The notes under the pieces: model-generated
What the model saw: the letters and a program-made list of their open reading frames with translations, nothing else
Told to the model about the DNA's origin: nothing
Database searches by the model: none
Origin: Histomonas meleagridis 2922-C6/04-290x
Taxonomy: Eukaryota; Protista; Parabasalia
Reading direction: 5' to 3'
DNA length: 64,000 nucleotides
NCBI GenBank assembly: GCA_020184695.1
Contig: JAANOX010000061.1
Coordinates: 186,001-250,000 of the forward strand
Shown: piece by piece, positions 32,113-44,132 of the stretch
Position numbering within the stretch: the first letter of the stretch is position 1
How the letters are laid out: the number at the start of each line of letters is the position of its first letter
Position numbers and translations under genes: made by a program

Positions 32113-34079
32113 TTAAATATTAAATAAAGCAAACAAATATCTTTGTTCAAGAAGTAATTTTCTTATTTTTGTGCAATTATTTTTAGTTGCTTCAATAAGT
32201 GCTGTATTAAATATTTAAAATAATATCCAAATAATATTTAGAAATATCAAATTATTATAGTAAATATCAAATATAATAAATAAATATCTTCAGCATTAAC
32301 GTCAATTCCTTTTTGCTCAAGAAGTAATTTAACTGTTTTTGTGTGACCATAAAAAGATGCCCACATTAAAGACGTTCTAAATAATTTAAATAATTTCCAA
32401 ATATTATTTTCAAATTTCATTTTATTGAAATAAAAAATAAATAAAGCAAATAAACATCTTTAGCATTAATATCAATTCCTTTTTGTTCAAGGAGTAATTT
32501 AACTATTTCTGTATGACTATCCCTGGATGCTTCCATAAGTGCAGAAAAAAAACCTTTAAATAATTACCAAACATCATTTTGAAATATCAAATTATTAAAA
32601 TTTACATTAAATTAAACAAATTAATATCCTTAGAATTAACATAAATTCCTTCTTGTTTCAGAAGAAATTTAACTATTTCCGTATTACCATATTCAGATGC
32701 TTCCATAAGTACTGTTCGAACTGGTTTAAATAATTTCTATATATTATTTTTAAAATATCAAAATAATATTATAAAATTCAAACAAAATAAATAAAAATTT
32801 TCAGTTTTAATTTTAAATTTTTTTTGTTCGAAAAAGAATTTAACTATATCCATACTACCAGACTTAGCTACTTCCATAAGTGGTGTGCGAAATGATTCAA
32901 GTAAATTCCATATCTTATTTTAAAATATTCAATTAATAAAATAAATATTAAATAAAACAAATAAAAATTCTTAGCATTAAAATCAATTCCTTCTTGTTCA
33001 AAAAGGAATTTTACAAGTTCAAAATGACCATTTACAGATGCAACAATAAGTGCTGTATTAAATATTCCAAATAATTTCCAAATAATATTATCATAAAATT
33101 CTAAATTATGAGAATAAAAATCAAATAAAATAAAGAAATATCTTTAGCATTAATATCAATTTTACCTTGTTTTAATATATATTGAATAACTTCAACATTT
33201 CCTGATTTGGATCCTGAAATTATAATGTCTTTTGGGATATTGTTATTATGTAAAAAATATTTAACAAGAAATAGATTCCCGATTTTTGCTGATCTCGTAA
33301 TAATCTCATCATTGATTTTCATTCCATTTTTTTGTAAAAAGTGATGGTTCAATTTCTTGATCGAAATCAAAATCTGTTTGTGATGTTATTTCTTGAAGTT
33401 TTTCGATTTCATCATTTCGAATTATTTTTGCAATTTCATTTGGATTATGTCCTTCTTTAATATATTTTTTATGAAGTTCCCAATCATTCTTTGAAAGTTC
33501 GTCATAATTTTCAATGATTTGATCCATAAAATCTGAATTTTCCATTTTTTGAATGTCTTTTTTTGTCATGTAATTAGCAAAATATGCATTTTTTGTATTT
33601 TGAATAATTTTTGATTCTAGTAAATTATTTTCAATCATATTAGCAATTAGAAGATTATTACTATATTTTTTTGAATGATTTTTAAGAAGAAAACATTCTA
33701 AAACATCTAAAATCTTAGATTTACTTTGATTATTTACCTCAAATGCTTGGATTTCTTTCAGTAAATTGAAATATATATTAGTTTCGTTTATTTTTGTTTC
33801 AAATAACATACATAACATTTGGCTAATAACAGTATTAAAAGTCATAGAGTAACTTTCATCAAATATGTTCAGTAATGAATTTACTGTTTGAGAAATATTT
33901 ATTTTCTCTAAACCATAAATTAACTGCCCAATTGAAGTTATTATTTCCCATTCCTGATTTTTTATAACATTTTTGTTTTCCATGAAGAAAAAATAACTTT
34001 TTGAATGATCTTGCACGTTAAGGAGTTTTCTGCGGTTTACTTGAAGAAATTCTTTTTGCTCGTCTATACCCTCATGCAT
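32113..34079 (-). CDS. DUF3447-ankyrin protein (locus C) with six loop spacers made of 17-nt blocks and single codons
   Basis: HNPNEIAKIIRNDEIEKLQ motif; 90-nt ankyrin modules start at 33056, 32886, 32715, 32545, 32375 and 32205; spacers 83, 80, 81, 80, 80, 80 nt. One frameshift near 33370. Confidence 0.8.
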
Positions 34080-34323
34080 TGCGTATAATGAAAAAATATT
34101 TCCCTGTTATCTCATATATAAAACTATTTTATGGTATAAGGAATTTTGTAATATGTTATACAGACGTGATTTTTCTCAAGTAATGTTATCATTAGATTAA
34201 CCAAACACAAAATTTTGTAATAAAAATCTAGTTTACATGAAGCATCTAGTTTCACTTAGAAACACTTTGTATTACCTAGATTAATCCAAAAAAAAATTTG
34301 CATTCCATGAAGAGACATGTGAT

Positions 34324-35370
34324 ATGAAATGGCCAATGTCTGGGAGAACAAAAACAGAAGCAAATCACCCACCAAACACAGCTTCCCATGAAAAAATTCT
34401 CCACAGCTTGTCTCTTTTAATTTTTAGCGAAAATGGAACTGAAAGTGCTGCCGCTTTAAATGAGTTATATCGATGGTCAACAGGCAATACGCGAACGATT
34501 GAAATACCGCATCCAGGAATCCAACAGCCACCACAGCCACCGCAATCACCACCCCAACCCACACCCATGCTTATTATGTCATTAACAAATTTTATTCATT
34601 ATCATATAAGCCCTTTTAAGCATGGTCCAACCATAAAACCCGCCATCACAGCACTTGACATTCTGAGCAATCTTGTTCGTTGCACAGATCGTATGCAGAG
34701 TCTTACCAACTCCATTTTATTATCCTCTATTAGAGATACTGTACTTTTACTTCATCGATTAAGTTTCTGTCCAAACTCACCCCTTCGTAAGCATTCACAA
34801 GACATTCTTATCCAAATTGCCAAATTCTGTAACATTACGAATGTCATGGGTGACTATACATCTGAATTTATATCATCTCTTTGTTCAATTTTTATGCTTC
34901 TAGATCCATCCGAGGATGATTCCAACCTTATTATCTTCATGAACTTCGCACTTCTTCCAGATAATTGTCGGCTAATTATTGATGAAATCGGAGTCGAGAC
35001 AATGGTCACACGTATCTCACAGCTTCTTTCATTCCCCTCCACGCCCCTTCGAGACCTCCTCCTTGAGTGCGTTTACTTGTTCTGTATGACGATTCCAGAC
35101 TTCAAAGACGCAGTTTGTAATTCGCATTTTCTTCTTCGCTCACTTGTAACATTATCAATTCCGCCATTCATGCCATACGAGACGAAGTTCGTTGTGCCAT
35201 TCACTCCCTGCCAAAAGGCGTGCGTTGTGCTGCTCGAGCTGTGCGACGACTCGAGAGTGAGTTCGTATTTGGCACGATTCAAGATGCAATTAGCGGACGC
35301 AGTGTTGAAGTGGAAGTCATGCGGACTGCCGGAGCTCGCGTTAAAGTTATCAAACATATCACCCCGCTAA
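34324..35370 (+). CDS. ARM-repeat-like protein with Pro/Gln insert; start loosely resembles ARID2/RSC9/BAF250 ARM region
   Basis: 348-aa ORF with elevated GC; ILHSLSLLIFSENGTESAAALNELYRWS. Family call is weak. Confidence 0.6.
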   Translation: MKWPMSGRTKTEANHPPNTASHEKILHSLSLLIFSENGTESAAALNELYRWSTGNTRTIEIPHPGIQQPPQPPQSPPQPTPMLIMSLTNFIHYHISPFKHGPTIKPAITALDILSNLVRCTDRMQSLTNSILLSSIRDTVLLLHRLSFCPNSPLRKHSQDILIQIAKFCNITNVMGDYTSEFISSLCSIFMLLDPSEDDSNLIIFMNFALLPDNCRLIIDEIGVETMVTRISQLLSFPSTPLRDLLLECVYLFCMTIPDFKDAVCNSHFLLRSLVTLSIPPFMPYETKFVVPFTPCQKACVVLLELCDDSRVSSYLARFKMQLADAVLKWKSCGLPELALKLSNISPR

Positions 35371-35419
35371 TAGATTGTATGTTTTGTTGTGATAATTATA
35401 ATAATAAAAATGAAATCAT

Positions 35420-36302
35420 ATAAACGTGTGAACGATGTTAACAGAACGAGAATTTGTGTAAAAGAATTTGTGGATTCAATATGAAAATGTAAAAATTTGT
35501 TGATATTGATGAAGACGTGACAGATGATTCAGTGATTAAAAAAATATTATTATTTCATGCTAAACCAATTTTAAAGTTTATAAATTATTTATTTGAATGA
35601 TTATGAATTAATAGATAATGCATCATTATTGATATGAAATTTACTGAATGATTTATATAAAATGGAATTTGTTTAATAATAAGTTTTCCTTCATAAAAGC
35701 TATGTATAAATGGAAATATATTCAAACTTATTGATGCTATTTGGAGTGAATGGATTAATATTGATAAAATTTCCTTCCATTTTTTCTTGGTTTTTTATTT
35801 ATAATTTTTTCCACATAATAAACAAGCTTTGATGGGATCATTTCATTTTTATTCATTTCTTTAAGAAAACATTCTGATTCATATGTGTTTATTTGATAAA
35901 GATAAATAGTTAATATTTAAGCAGTTTTGAAAAATTTAAATTTTTTATGTTTGATAATAAATTTAAAATTATAATATATATCCTTGCTTCTCTTTTTTGC
36001 GTAAAATAAGACATATAAATAAATTGAGAAATATAAAATTCATAGAGTAAAGGACATACTGGATGATCTTCTAAGATTAGTTTTGAAACTTGTTGAAATG
36101 TTGACTCAAGTTCTTTTCATTTAAATTAATAAACAATTTCTATATCAACAATCTCATCTGGAACAAGTCGTAAGGATGATGAACTTGATGGATGTGGGGA
36201 AAGGGGAGGAGGAATATCCATTAAAACGAATTCGTATGGCACCTTTCAAACAGTTAGATCTAATGAATGTTAAGTTGTAAGACTATTTACATCAATATCC
36301 AT
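35420..36302 (-). pseudogene. Possible hypothetical gene broken by several frameshifts/stops
   Basis: Protein-like stretches in changing frames (VPYEFVLMDIPPPLSPHPSSSSSLRLVPDEIVD; KELESTFQQVSKLILEDHPVCPLLYEF). Confidence 0.3.
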
Positions 36303-36718
36303 GATAAATATATTAAATTTACACACCATATTTTTGCTAAGATAAATCATAAAAAATTATATTTAACAAATTTTTTTGTGAATTCATGAAGATAACATCA
36401 CATTAATGATTGTAGTTGTAAACCATAAAAAAAGAAGAACGGCACTTTTGATTTAAACCATCATAGGCGATCGTTTTCATCACAAATATTCTAACCGTTG
36501 TAATAAAATAACGATACGTATTCAATTAGTACAAATAAAACGGTTGTAAAGGCTTTTTCGGTTCACCAAACTTTCAGACAAAATCAAAAAGATTAAAAAA
36601 AAGCAGTAATCAATTCATATGAAAAGGATCACAAAAATATGATTTAAAATGGCACAAAAGATTTTGCTGACATGGTTGAAGAATTTTTAATTTAAAATTC
36701 AATTATAATTGTTTACTA

Positions 36719-37165
36719 TTATTGTTTTGGTTGGTGCTTCTTGAGGTAACTTTCAACAGCGGCCTTAATAGCATCTTGAGCTAACATTGAACAATGCAAT
36801 TTTACCGGGGGAAGATTTAGTTCATTTGCAATTGCTGTGTTTTTGACTTGAAGTGCTTCATCAAGTGTTTTTCCTTCAATCATTGTGGTTGCAAGTGATG
36901 ATGATGCAACAGCAGCTGGACAACCAAAAGCTCTGAATTTCACTTCCTTAATTTTACCTGTGTTTTCATCAACACGGATTTGGAACTTGAGAGCATCACC
37001 ACAAGCAGGTGCACCAACTATTCCAGTGCCAACATCATCATCATTAGCATTCATAAATCCAGTATTCCTTGGGTTTTTAAAGTGCTCATTGACCTTTTCG
37101 TGATAGAACCTCATTCCAAAACGAGATAGAATCTTTTTACCAGTGCAATTTAAGCTTGAAAGCAT
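36719..37165 (-). CDS. iscU: Fe-S cluster scaffold IscU, probably hydrogenosomal
   Basis: GAPACGD, FGC and LPPVKLHCSMLA motifs; short ML...RF presequence. Confidence 0.96.
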   Translation of the reverse strand: MLSSLNCTGKKILSRFGMRFYHEKVNEHFKNPRNTGFMNANDDDVGTGIVGAPACGDALKFQIRVDENTGKIKEVKFRAFGCPAAVASSSLATTMIEGKTLDEALQVKNTAIANELNLPPVKLHCSMLAQDAIKAAVESYLKKHQPKQ

Positions 37166-38146
37166 TCTTTAAACTGAAAACTTGTGACCAACTATTTCAA
37201 TGTACCCGACCATAAAACAACTCAAACTCACCTAATTTAACGTTTTTATTTAAAAATTAAGTGTGTTAAACGTTTGCAATCCGATTTTAGTAAATTTACC
37301 TGTAATAAAACTCAAACATATAAAAAAACATCATCCGAACCTCAATGTGTTACACTCATTTTTTTTAGAACTGTTTAATATAAAATTTAGTTAGTGTTTA
37401 AATTTATTTTAACGTTAGTAAATTTTAATAAGTTTTGATTGATTAAAAATTATTAAAAGATAAAAAAAATCATACATATGTATGAAAATGTGTTCATTTA
37501 TGATGCATAATAAAATCAAAGAAAAAGAAATCAATAAAAGTAATTATAAATCGGTTGGTTTCATGAGGATCTGTTTATTATGAAAAAACATTTTATTTTA
37601 GAAACCTAAGGTGATGATTTTTGTTCACTTCCACACATTTTAAAAGCATTTTATCCACATAAATTTATATTATAAGAATTTCTAAAAGAACTTCACCTTA
37701 AAGAAAATCATTCATTTAAGAAAATCTTATCATCAAATGAAATATATATAATAGATTTAAATAACATTATTTTCAAGAAGAAATTGGTTTAAATTATTAA
37801 AGTAATTATAAAAAGAATGCAATTATCTCATTTTATATGATTATTCAATCACTGTTTATGTTTCCAAGCTTTAGATTTAAATTCAATATTATCATGGTAT
37901 TGTTGATTTACACTATGCTGTTTTTACATCATTATCAGAACAAGATAATTTTGTTTCTAGTATAACTTTAGATTGTGAAAGTTGTTGTGGTAAGGGAATT
38001 CATTGGATGTCAATTAATCTAATTTAAATATTATCTCATTTAAATGGGTGAATAAAAACAGTATTTTATATCTTTATTTTGGTTTAATTGATCTTTAAAA
38101 ATTTTTTTCTCTTTTATTAAATATTTTATGTCTTATTGAGAACATA

Positions 38147-39343
38147 AAGTGTTGCCAAAAATTATTCCCATACGATAGAAATAATTCAAAAATAATTGAC
38201 TTAATTACGATTGTTTTAAATTGGAAATATTTTACATTTGGGAATAAAATTTGGTCAAAGAAGTTTCACTTTTATTCAGAAAATTCAGAAGCTTGTTGGC
38301 CCACCAAAATTCCTTATTACTTCCTTCATACGCTCTTTCATGGAGTCAATAAGGTGATTTATAACTTCTTCAGAGATTTAACTCCATACAGCAAAGATAT
38401 ATTCAATTAGTTCCTCTTTCGTTTGCGGATTTAATTCATATCCTCTCGCCTTAATGATATACCATAGATTCTCAATAGGGTTGAGGTCAGGCGACATCGC
38501 CGGCCAATTCTCTATAATATTTACATAATTTTTCAAATAATCAATAGTTATTTTGGATGTGTGAGCCATGGCTCCATCCTGCATTAAAATCCATTTTTGC
38601 ACTCCATAGGCTTGGTTCATGTCTGGAATAAAACCGGATTGATCTATTAATTCATCAATGTATGTGATCGTATCAACAGTACCTTTTTCCACAATTATTA
38701 ATGATGTTTTGACTATCCTTGATATTCCACCAAAGATTAATATCTTTTCAGGAAATTTCTTTTCACATATTTTAATCTCATCACGAATTTCTCCTCTTCT
38801 TCTGTATAACGAATGGTGATCATCTCCAAGCCAAAAATAGGATTCATCCGTAAAAAGCATATATCCCATTTTGTTTTTTCAAATAGGTGTTTGCGACAAA
38901 AAAAGACTCTTGCAATTTTTTGTTCTTCAGTGATATGAAATGTACGAATAGGTGGTAGTAACTTGAATCCTAATTTTTTCTCGATTGTTTGAACAGTTGA
39001 TTATGAGATTATGGGAAATTGATTTGATGAATTGCATATATTGGCCAATTTTTCATTTGAAATTCTACGGTTCTTTTCGGTCATTGTTTATATATATTCG
39101 ACTAAACCTGGGGTTCGTTTTGTTGGTGCCCCAATTTTTCCAAAATTTATAAAAAATATTTTCACCATTGTCAATCATCATTCTGATCTTTGCAACTGTT
39201 TTATGATTTATTCCTGTTTTTCTTTCTATTTCCATATTTGAATATCCTTGTTGAATATTTTGCAGGATAATATATCGCTTTTGCTGATGTTTTTTCATAT
39301 GAAAAAAAAGTAAACGGCCTGGGAATAATTTTTAGCAACACTT
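38147..39343 (-). mobile_element. Tc1-like DNA transposon (1197 bp), TA TSD, decayed transposase
   Basis: TIRs AAGTGTTGC(C/T)AAAAATTATTCCCA, TA at 38145-46 and 39344-45; FTDES, QDGAMAH and WPAMSPDLNPIENLW (DDE) motifs split by frameshifts. Confidence 0.9.
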
Positions 39344-39644
39344 TAGCTAGATAAGAATAAATCTATATGCTAGTTAAATCACTTTAACAATAAAAAAAAT
39401 ATGCAATAAAAACTTTTACATATAAGAACTTGAATTTTTGATTATTCCATTTTTTAATCTTTAATTTTGTCTCGTCATTTTTGCTGTCAACACACATTGA
39501 TAGGACAAAAAAAGCATATTAAAAACGTTAATTCATTTCAGTTTTTGAAATTTGAAAAGCTTTTCAAAGCAAAAGAAAGAATTTCTGAGTATTTCATTCA
39601 AATAGAGTTAACCCCTTTTCTCAATTTTCTATCCATCAAAAAAA

Positions 39645-40823
39645 ATGTTTGTCTTCTTGTTTTCTACACTTGCAGTCGCAGACAATTATGCCATACTAAT
39701 TGCAGGATCAAGTGGATGGATTAATTATCGTCATCAAGCAGATATCTCGACCATTTATCAAATGCTTCTTCGTAACGGTTATCAAAAAGATCATATAATA
39801 CAATTTCAATATGATGATATAGCTAATAATGAACTTAATACATTTCCTGGACAGATTTTCCATGCTGAATCACATGAAAATGTATATCCTGGTGCATCAC
39901 AAATTGATGTCAAAAATGAAGATATTACAGCGGAAAGCTTATATAACGCATTAAGGTCACTTAAGAGCACATCTAATGATAACATATTACTCTATTATGA
40001 TAATCATGGAGCACCAGGAACATTAGGAGTTCCTAATTCCAAAGGTTATCCAATATATGGTGATGAATTAAATAACGTAATACAAGAAATGTATGACAAA
40101 GGCCTTTATAAGAATTTCCTTTTCATAGTTGAAGCATGTGAAAGTGGAAGTCTTATTCCATTTATTAAAGCACCGAATACATTAGTTATTTCTGCGTCAG
40201 GACCAGCCGAAGAATCATGGTCATTAATATATGATTCATCAATAGATAATATGTTAACAAATGAATTTACATATTATCTTCTTTCTCAAATCCAAGAAAA
40301 TCCAACTGCAGAAATCATTGATATCTTCAACAAAGTATTAAAGTTAATGCACGGATCAACACCAAGAATCGGCAAAAACGAAACAATCCAAAAAATGAAA
40401 ATTTCGGAATTCTTTGGAATACCAAACAAAATAAACTTTAGAAAAACAATACAAAAAGTTCATCACGAAAATGGTATCCCTCAAAGAAGTGTTTTATCAC
40501 ATTTCTTAAAGAAGACATCCGAAGAAATTTCAGATCCAATGAAAAGAGCAAGTGCGAGAATTAAGCTTATGAAGATAAAAACTGAACGAGAAAAGTTTTC
40601 TTATGTACTTCGAGAACTTGCAAACGCATTAAATATAAATCCAAATGACATTCCAAAAGAGTATAATGATATTCCTTTGTCTTACTTCAGAGTTTTAAGA
40701 CATTTCGTTAAGAAATATGATCAAATACAACCTGATGATATGGATTTGTTATCAACTTTGGTATATATTTGTAAGAAAAGATCTGAATCAGACATAATTT
40801 CTGCGATTGATTCTCTTCTTTAA
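39645..40823 (+). CDS. Legumain / asparaginyl endopeptidase (C13)
   Basis: Signal peptide, NYRHQAD, catalytic DNHG and VEACESG. Confidence 0.93.
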   Translation: MFVFLFSTLAVADNYAILIAGSSGWINYRHQADISTIYQMLLRNGYQKDHIIQFQYDDIANNELNTFPGQIFHAESHENVYPGASQIDVKNEDITAESLYNALRSLKSTSNDNILLYYDNHGAPGTLGVPNSKGYPIYGDELNNVIQEMYDKGLYKNFLFIVEACESGSLIPFIKAPNTLVISASGPAEESWSLIYDSSIDNMLTNEFTYYLLSQIQENPTAEIIDIFNKVLKLMHGSTPRIGKNETIQKMKISEFFGIPNKINFRKTIQKVHHENGIPQRSVLSHFLKKTSEEISDPMKRASARIKLMKIKTEREKFSYVLRELANALNINPNDIPKEYNDIPLSYFRVLRHFVKKYDQIQPDDMDLLSTLVYICKKRSESDIISAIDSLL

Positions 40824-40941
40824 ATATATAGATAAAGTATTTCTATTAATAAATAAAATATTTCTTCATTTTAATATCAAACAAACCCAGCCAAATTTGA
40901 GCGGTTTTCATCACAAAAAACGTATCGATTCCAAACGTATT

Positions 40942-41673
40942 ATGGAAGAAATGGAGTTGGAAGAAAGAGAAATTTACGGTGTATTCTTTTATGATAGAGA
41001 GCAAAGAGAACTTTTTTCTTGTTCATGCTTAGATGAAGAATATACCAAAAAAATATCAATTCCTAATATTTTTAAAGCTTGTGATATTGAAGATGTTGAA
41101 GGAATTGAATTAATATTTTCATTAAAAATAGATGTTTACATGGTTGACGTTGCTTTTGGAAATGATGTTTATTGTGTTACAATCTTTGATACCAGAACAA
41201 GTCGAAATGGATCAGTGAATCCAATATGTGCCTTATTCTATTTACAAGTCCTTCAAAAGGAATTTTCAGGAGAATACAATTTTGGTCAATTAAAATTTCT
41301 ACCTGTTTTATATACCGAACTTTCTGCAATGTTCTCATGTTTTACATCACCGGATTTTGCCGAGATGTTTATCATTATTTCTCCTTGCCAACAAATTTTC
41401 TGCAAGTTCGGATCTATAAAATTAAGTCCTGAAGCAACTAATATTACATGGTCAATTGCATTGGAACTTGCTTTAGCCATTGAGAATTCTCCATATATCA
41501 TACCACAACAATCAGATTTCATATTTGGTTTTGATTTTTTAAATTTTGCCAAAATTATTGCATTCTTCTCACATCAAGCCGTCGATAATTATGAGCCGCA
41601 GCAAATAATCCAAGAATTCACAAAAAATATCGCTGAGATGATGGAGGCAATGAAGGAATTATTCCTCATGTAA
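40942..41673 (+). CDS. Hypothetical protein
   Basis: Open frame; likely start MEEMELEER at 40942. Confidence 0.65.
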   Translation: MEEMELEEREIYGVFFYDREQRELFSCSCLDEEYTKKISIPNIFKACDIEDVEGIELIFSLKIDVYMVDVAFGNDVYCVTIFDTRTSRNGSVNPICALFYLQVLQKEFSGEYNFGQLKFLPVLYTELSAMFSCFTSPDFAEMFIIISPCQQIFCKFGSIKLSPEATNITWSIALELALAIENSPYIIPQQSDFIFGFDFLNFAKIIAFFSHQAVDNYEPQQIIQEFTKNIAEMMEAMKELFLM

Positions 41674-41802
41674 TCCTAAAACGGAACAACTGTTTATAAA
41701 TATATTGTCGATTTTGCTTTTTTTTTTTTAATAAAATATTACGTAATTTGTTTAACACTAAATTTAATACTTAAATATATAGAAAACGTTTAAATTTAGA
41801 TC

Positions 41803-42267
41803 TTATTTCTTACGTTCAACACCAACTGCAACACCGCGACGACCAGTAGATTTAGTGCATTGGCCACGAACTTTAAGTCCAAGGCTATGACGAATACCAC
41901 GCTTCATTCTCATCTTCTTCATACGTTCGATTTCGTTACGGTGATTAGATGAAAGATCAGTTGATGCCCATTGAAGGTTCTTGCCTGAAGCACGATCATT
42001 TCTACGGTTGAGCATCCAAACAGGAATTCCATTTTCAACTGGGTTTTGAATGATTGCAACAATACGTTCTTCTTCTTGTGAAGTGAGTGTACCTGCGCGT
42101 TTGAGTGGATCAAGACCAGCACGGCGAGCAACAGCGTGTGCAAATCTACGTCCGAGACCTGCAATAGCTGTGAGTGCTAAATAAAGTGGCTTGCGTCCAT
42201 CGACATTTGTTGAGAGCATACGAACCATATCGCGAAAGGCAGAAGGATCAGTTACTTCGAGAGGCAT
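41803..42267 (-). CDS. RPS18: 40S ribosomal protein S18 (uS13)
   Basis: ALTAIAGLGRRFA, WMLNR, RHSLGLKVRGQCTKSTGRRG; likely ATG at 42267 (MPLEVTD). Confidence 0.97.
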   Translation of the reverse strand: MPLEVTDPSAFRDMVRMLSTNVDGRKPLYLALTAIAGLGRRFAHAVARRAGLDPLKRAGTLTSQEEERIVAIIQNPVENGIPVWMLNRRNDRASGKNLQWASTDLSSNHRNEIERMKKMRMKRGIRHSLGLKVRGQCTKSTGRRGVAVGVERKK

Positions 42268-42384
42268 AAAATCTCTTTTAGTGTGGCCAGATCTCGGTTT
42301 TCCATTCAATTTTGGGCCGCCCTAATCATGGGGTGGTTTTTTATCAAAAAAGTGCTTTAATTTAAACGGCTTCATATTAAAATG

Positions 42385-42390
42385 TCACTT
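42385..42390 (+). promoter_or_regulatory. Trichomonad-type initiator (Inr) TCACTT
   Basis: Matches the TCA(C/T)(T/A) Inr consensus 5 nt before the COMMD ATG, in a ~130-nt divergent intergenic region shared with RPS18. Confidence 0.45.
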
Positions 42391-42394
42391 TTAT

Positions 42395-42946
42395 ATGCTA
42401 ACCCAACAACAAATTCGAGATAACATCCCTTTACTAAATTCTATTTCTGAAGATGGTATACGACAACTATGCTCAACTGTTATAGACAGTATTCAATATC
42501 AAACAAACCTTCAAACACAACTTAATTCGTTAACTGATATTGCAGACATTTCAACATTACAAAATGTTGCCGATACAATATCATCTCTTGTTTATAGGTT
42601 ACTTCAGTCACGCTCTAATACTTCAGATTCTGCCGATACTTTTAAATCACTTGGAATTTCAGAGCAACACTCAGCTATTCTATCTTCAGTCGTAAACAAT
42701 AGAATAGATAGTTTATGTAAGGACATGGCATCTCGTTCATCTGGAGATAAGCTTTCAGATCTTGAATGGCGATTTGGTTTGACAGCTGCATCAAGTTCAG
42801 AAAACGGATCCGCCTTTGTCCAAATGAAATTGTCATTTGAAAACAATGATCCTGTTTCTGTTGAAATGGGAATGAAGGAATTTTATGAATTTGCTGCTGA
42901 CATTAAGCACATTCAGCAACAGATGGAAAATAGTCTAAGTATCTAA
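42395..42946 (+). CDS. COMM-domain (COMMD) protein
   Basis: C-terminal LSDLEWRFGLTAASS...FVQMKLSF COMM signature. Confidence 0.88.
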   Translation: MLTQQQIRDNIPLLNSISEDGIRQLCSTVIDSIQYQTNLQTQLNSLTDIADISTLQNVADTISSLVYRLLQSRSNTSDSADTFKSLGISEQHSAILSSVVNNRIDSLCKDMASRSSGDKLSDLEWRFGLTAASSSENGSAFVQMKLSFENNDPVSVEMGMKEFYEFAADIKHIQQQMENSLSI

Positions 42947-43181
42947 ATAAAGGTTTCTTATTCTAATTCTTTCTATGAAAACCATTTTTAAAAATCATTT
43001 TTAAGGATCCTTCAAATTTTCAGTTCATATGTCTTAGAAGAGAGACCGTTTAGGAAAATTGAACCGAATTTTACTCTGAAAATTTCAATTAAAACGATTA
43101 TCCGGCCAATTGTAAACTTTTGAAAAAATATTTCATGTTTCCTTGAGTTTAATGGAATGGCTTTAACTTCATTTTAATTTA

Positions 43182-43631
43182 ATGTCACTCAAAACAATCT
43201 CTGAAGGAAGCAACTATACTGCTGTTAATGTAGGTCCTGCATCAGAAATAGAAAAATATGTTTTCACAGGTTTTGGTCAACCAATTCCTGGAAAAGTTTT
43301 CTTACAACAAGCTCTTCATTTAACAGGATCTGAAATTTCATATACATCAATTCCTGCAGGTGTCCAACTATCATTCTTCCATTCACATAAAGAAAATGAA
43401 GAAGTATATATTGTTATTCAAGGAAAAGGCGAATATCAAGTAGATGATACCGTTTTCCCAATTGAAGAAGGATCTGTTATTCGTGTTGGAACTGGAGCTA
43501 GTCGTTGCTACAAGAACACAGGAACTGAACCTCTAGTTATAATCTGTATACAAACCAAAGAATCTAAAGAACCACTTAAAACTGGTCATGACGCAGAGTT
43601 CCTCCAAACAGAACCAAAATTCACTAAGTAA
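43182..43631 (+). CDS. Cupin-domain protein, bacterial-like
   Basis: FFHSHKENEEVYIVIQGKG and EGSVIRV cupin motifs. Confidence 0.88.
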   Translation: MSLKTISEGSNYTAVNVGPASEIEKYVFTGFGQPIPGKVFLQQALHLTGSEISYTSIPAGVQLSFFHSHKENEEVYIVIQGKGEYQVDDTVFPIEEGSVIRVGTGASRCYKNTGTEPLVIICIQTKESKEPLKTGHDAEFLQTEPKFTK

Positions 43632-44132
43632 ACCAAAATAACTTCTCAATTTTAAAATTTTTATCAATCACAAAATATATTTTATTTCGATTATTATTCA
43701 CAATGATTTTAAACATTATATTTATGTTTTCTTAAAAAAAATGAATCCCTTTCATTGTGCACTTTGCCTATTTACATTTATTTATATTGAAAATTTATAA
43801 ATTATATTTAAAACAACCAATAACTAAATTAAAATATAAAAGAAGCCAGTGCATTTCATTAAAACTTTTACAGTTTTTGTGTTAAATTTAGTATTTATCA
43901 AAAATCTACACTTATAATTTATTATGTGATAACAATGTAAAAGTTATATAACAATAATGGAAATTCATAATAATTTGTTCTATATATTCTAAAAACAATC
44001 TTTTATTAAGTTAAAAACAAATTTCAGCATAACACCGATCAAACCAATACGACAAAATTTAAATTCATTTTCACAAAACATTCTAAATCATCGTATTTTA
44101 TTTACAACAGTTAATTTAATTCTTATTCTACT

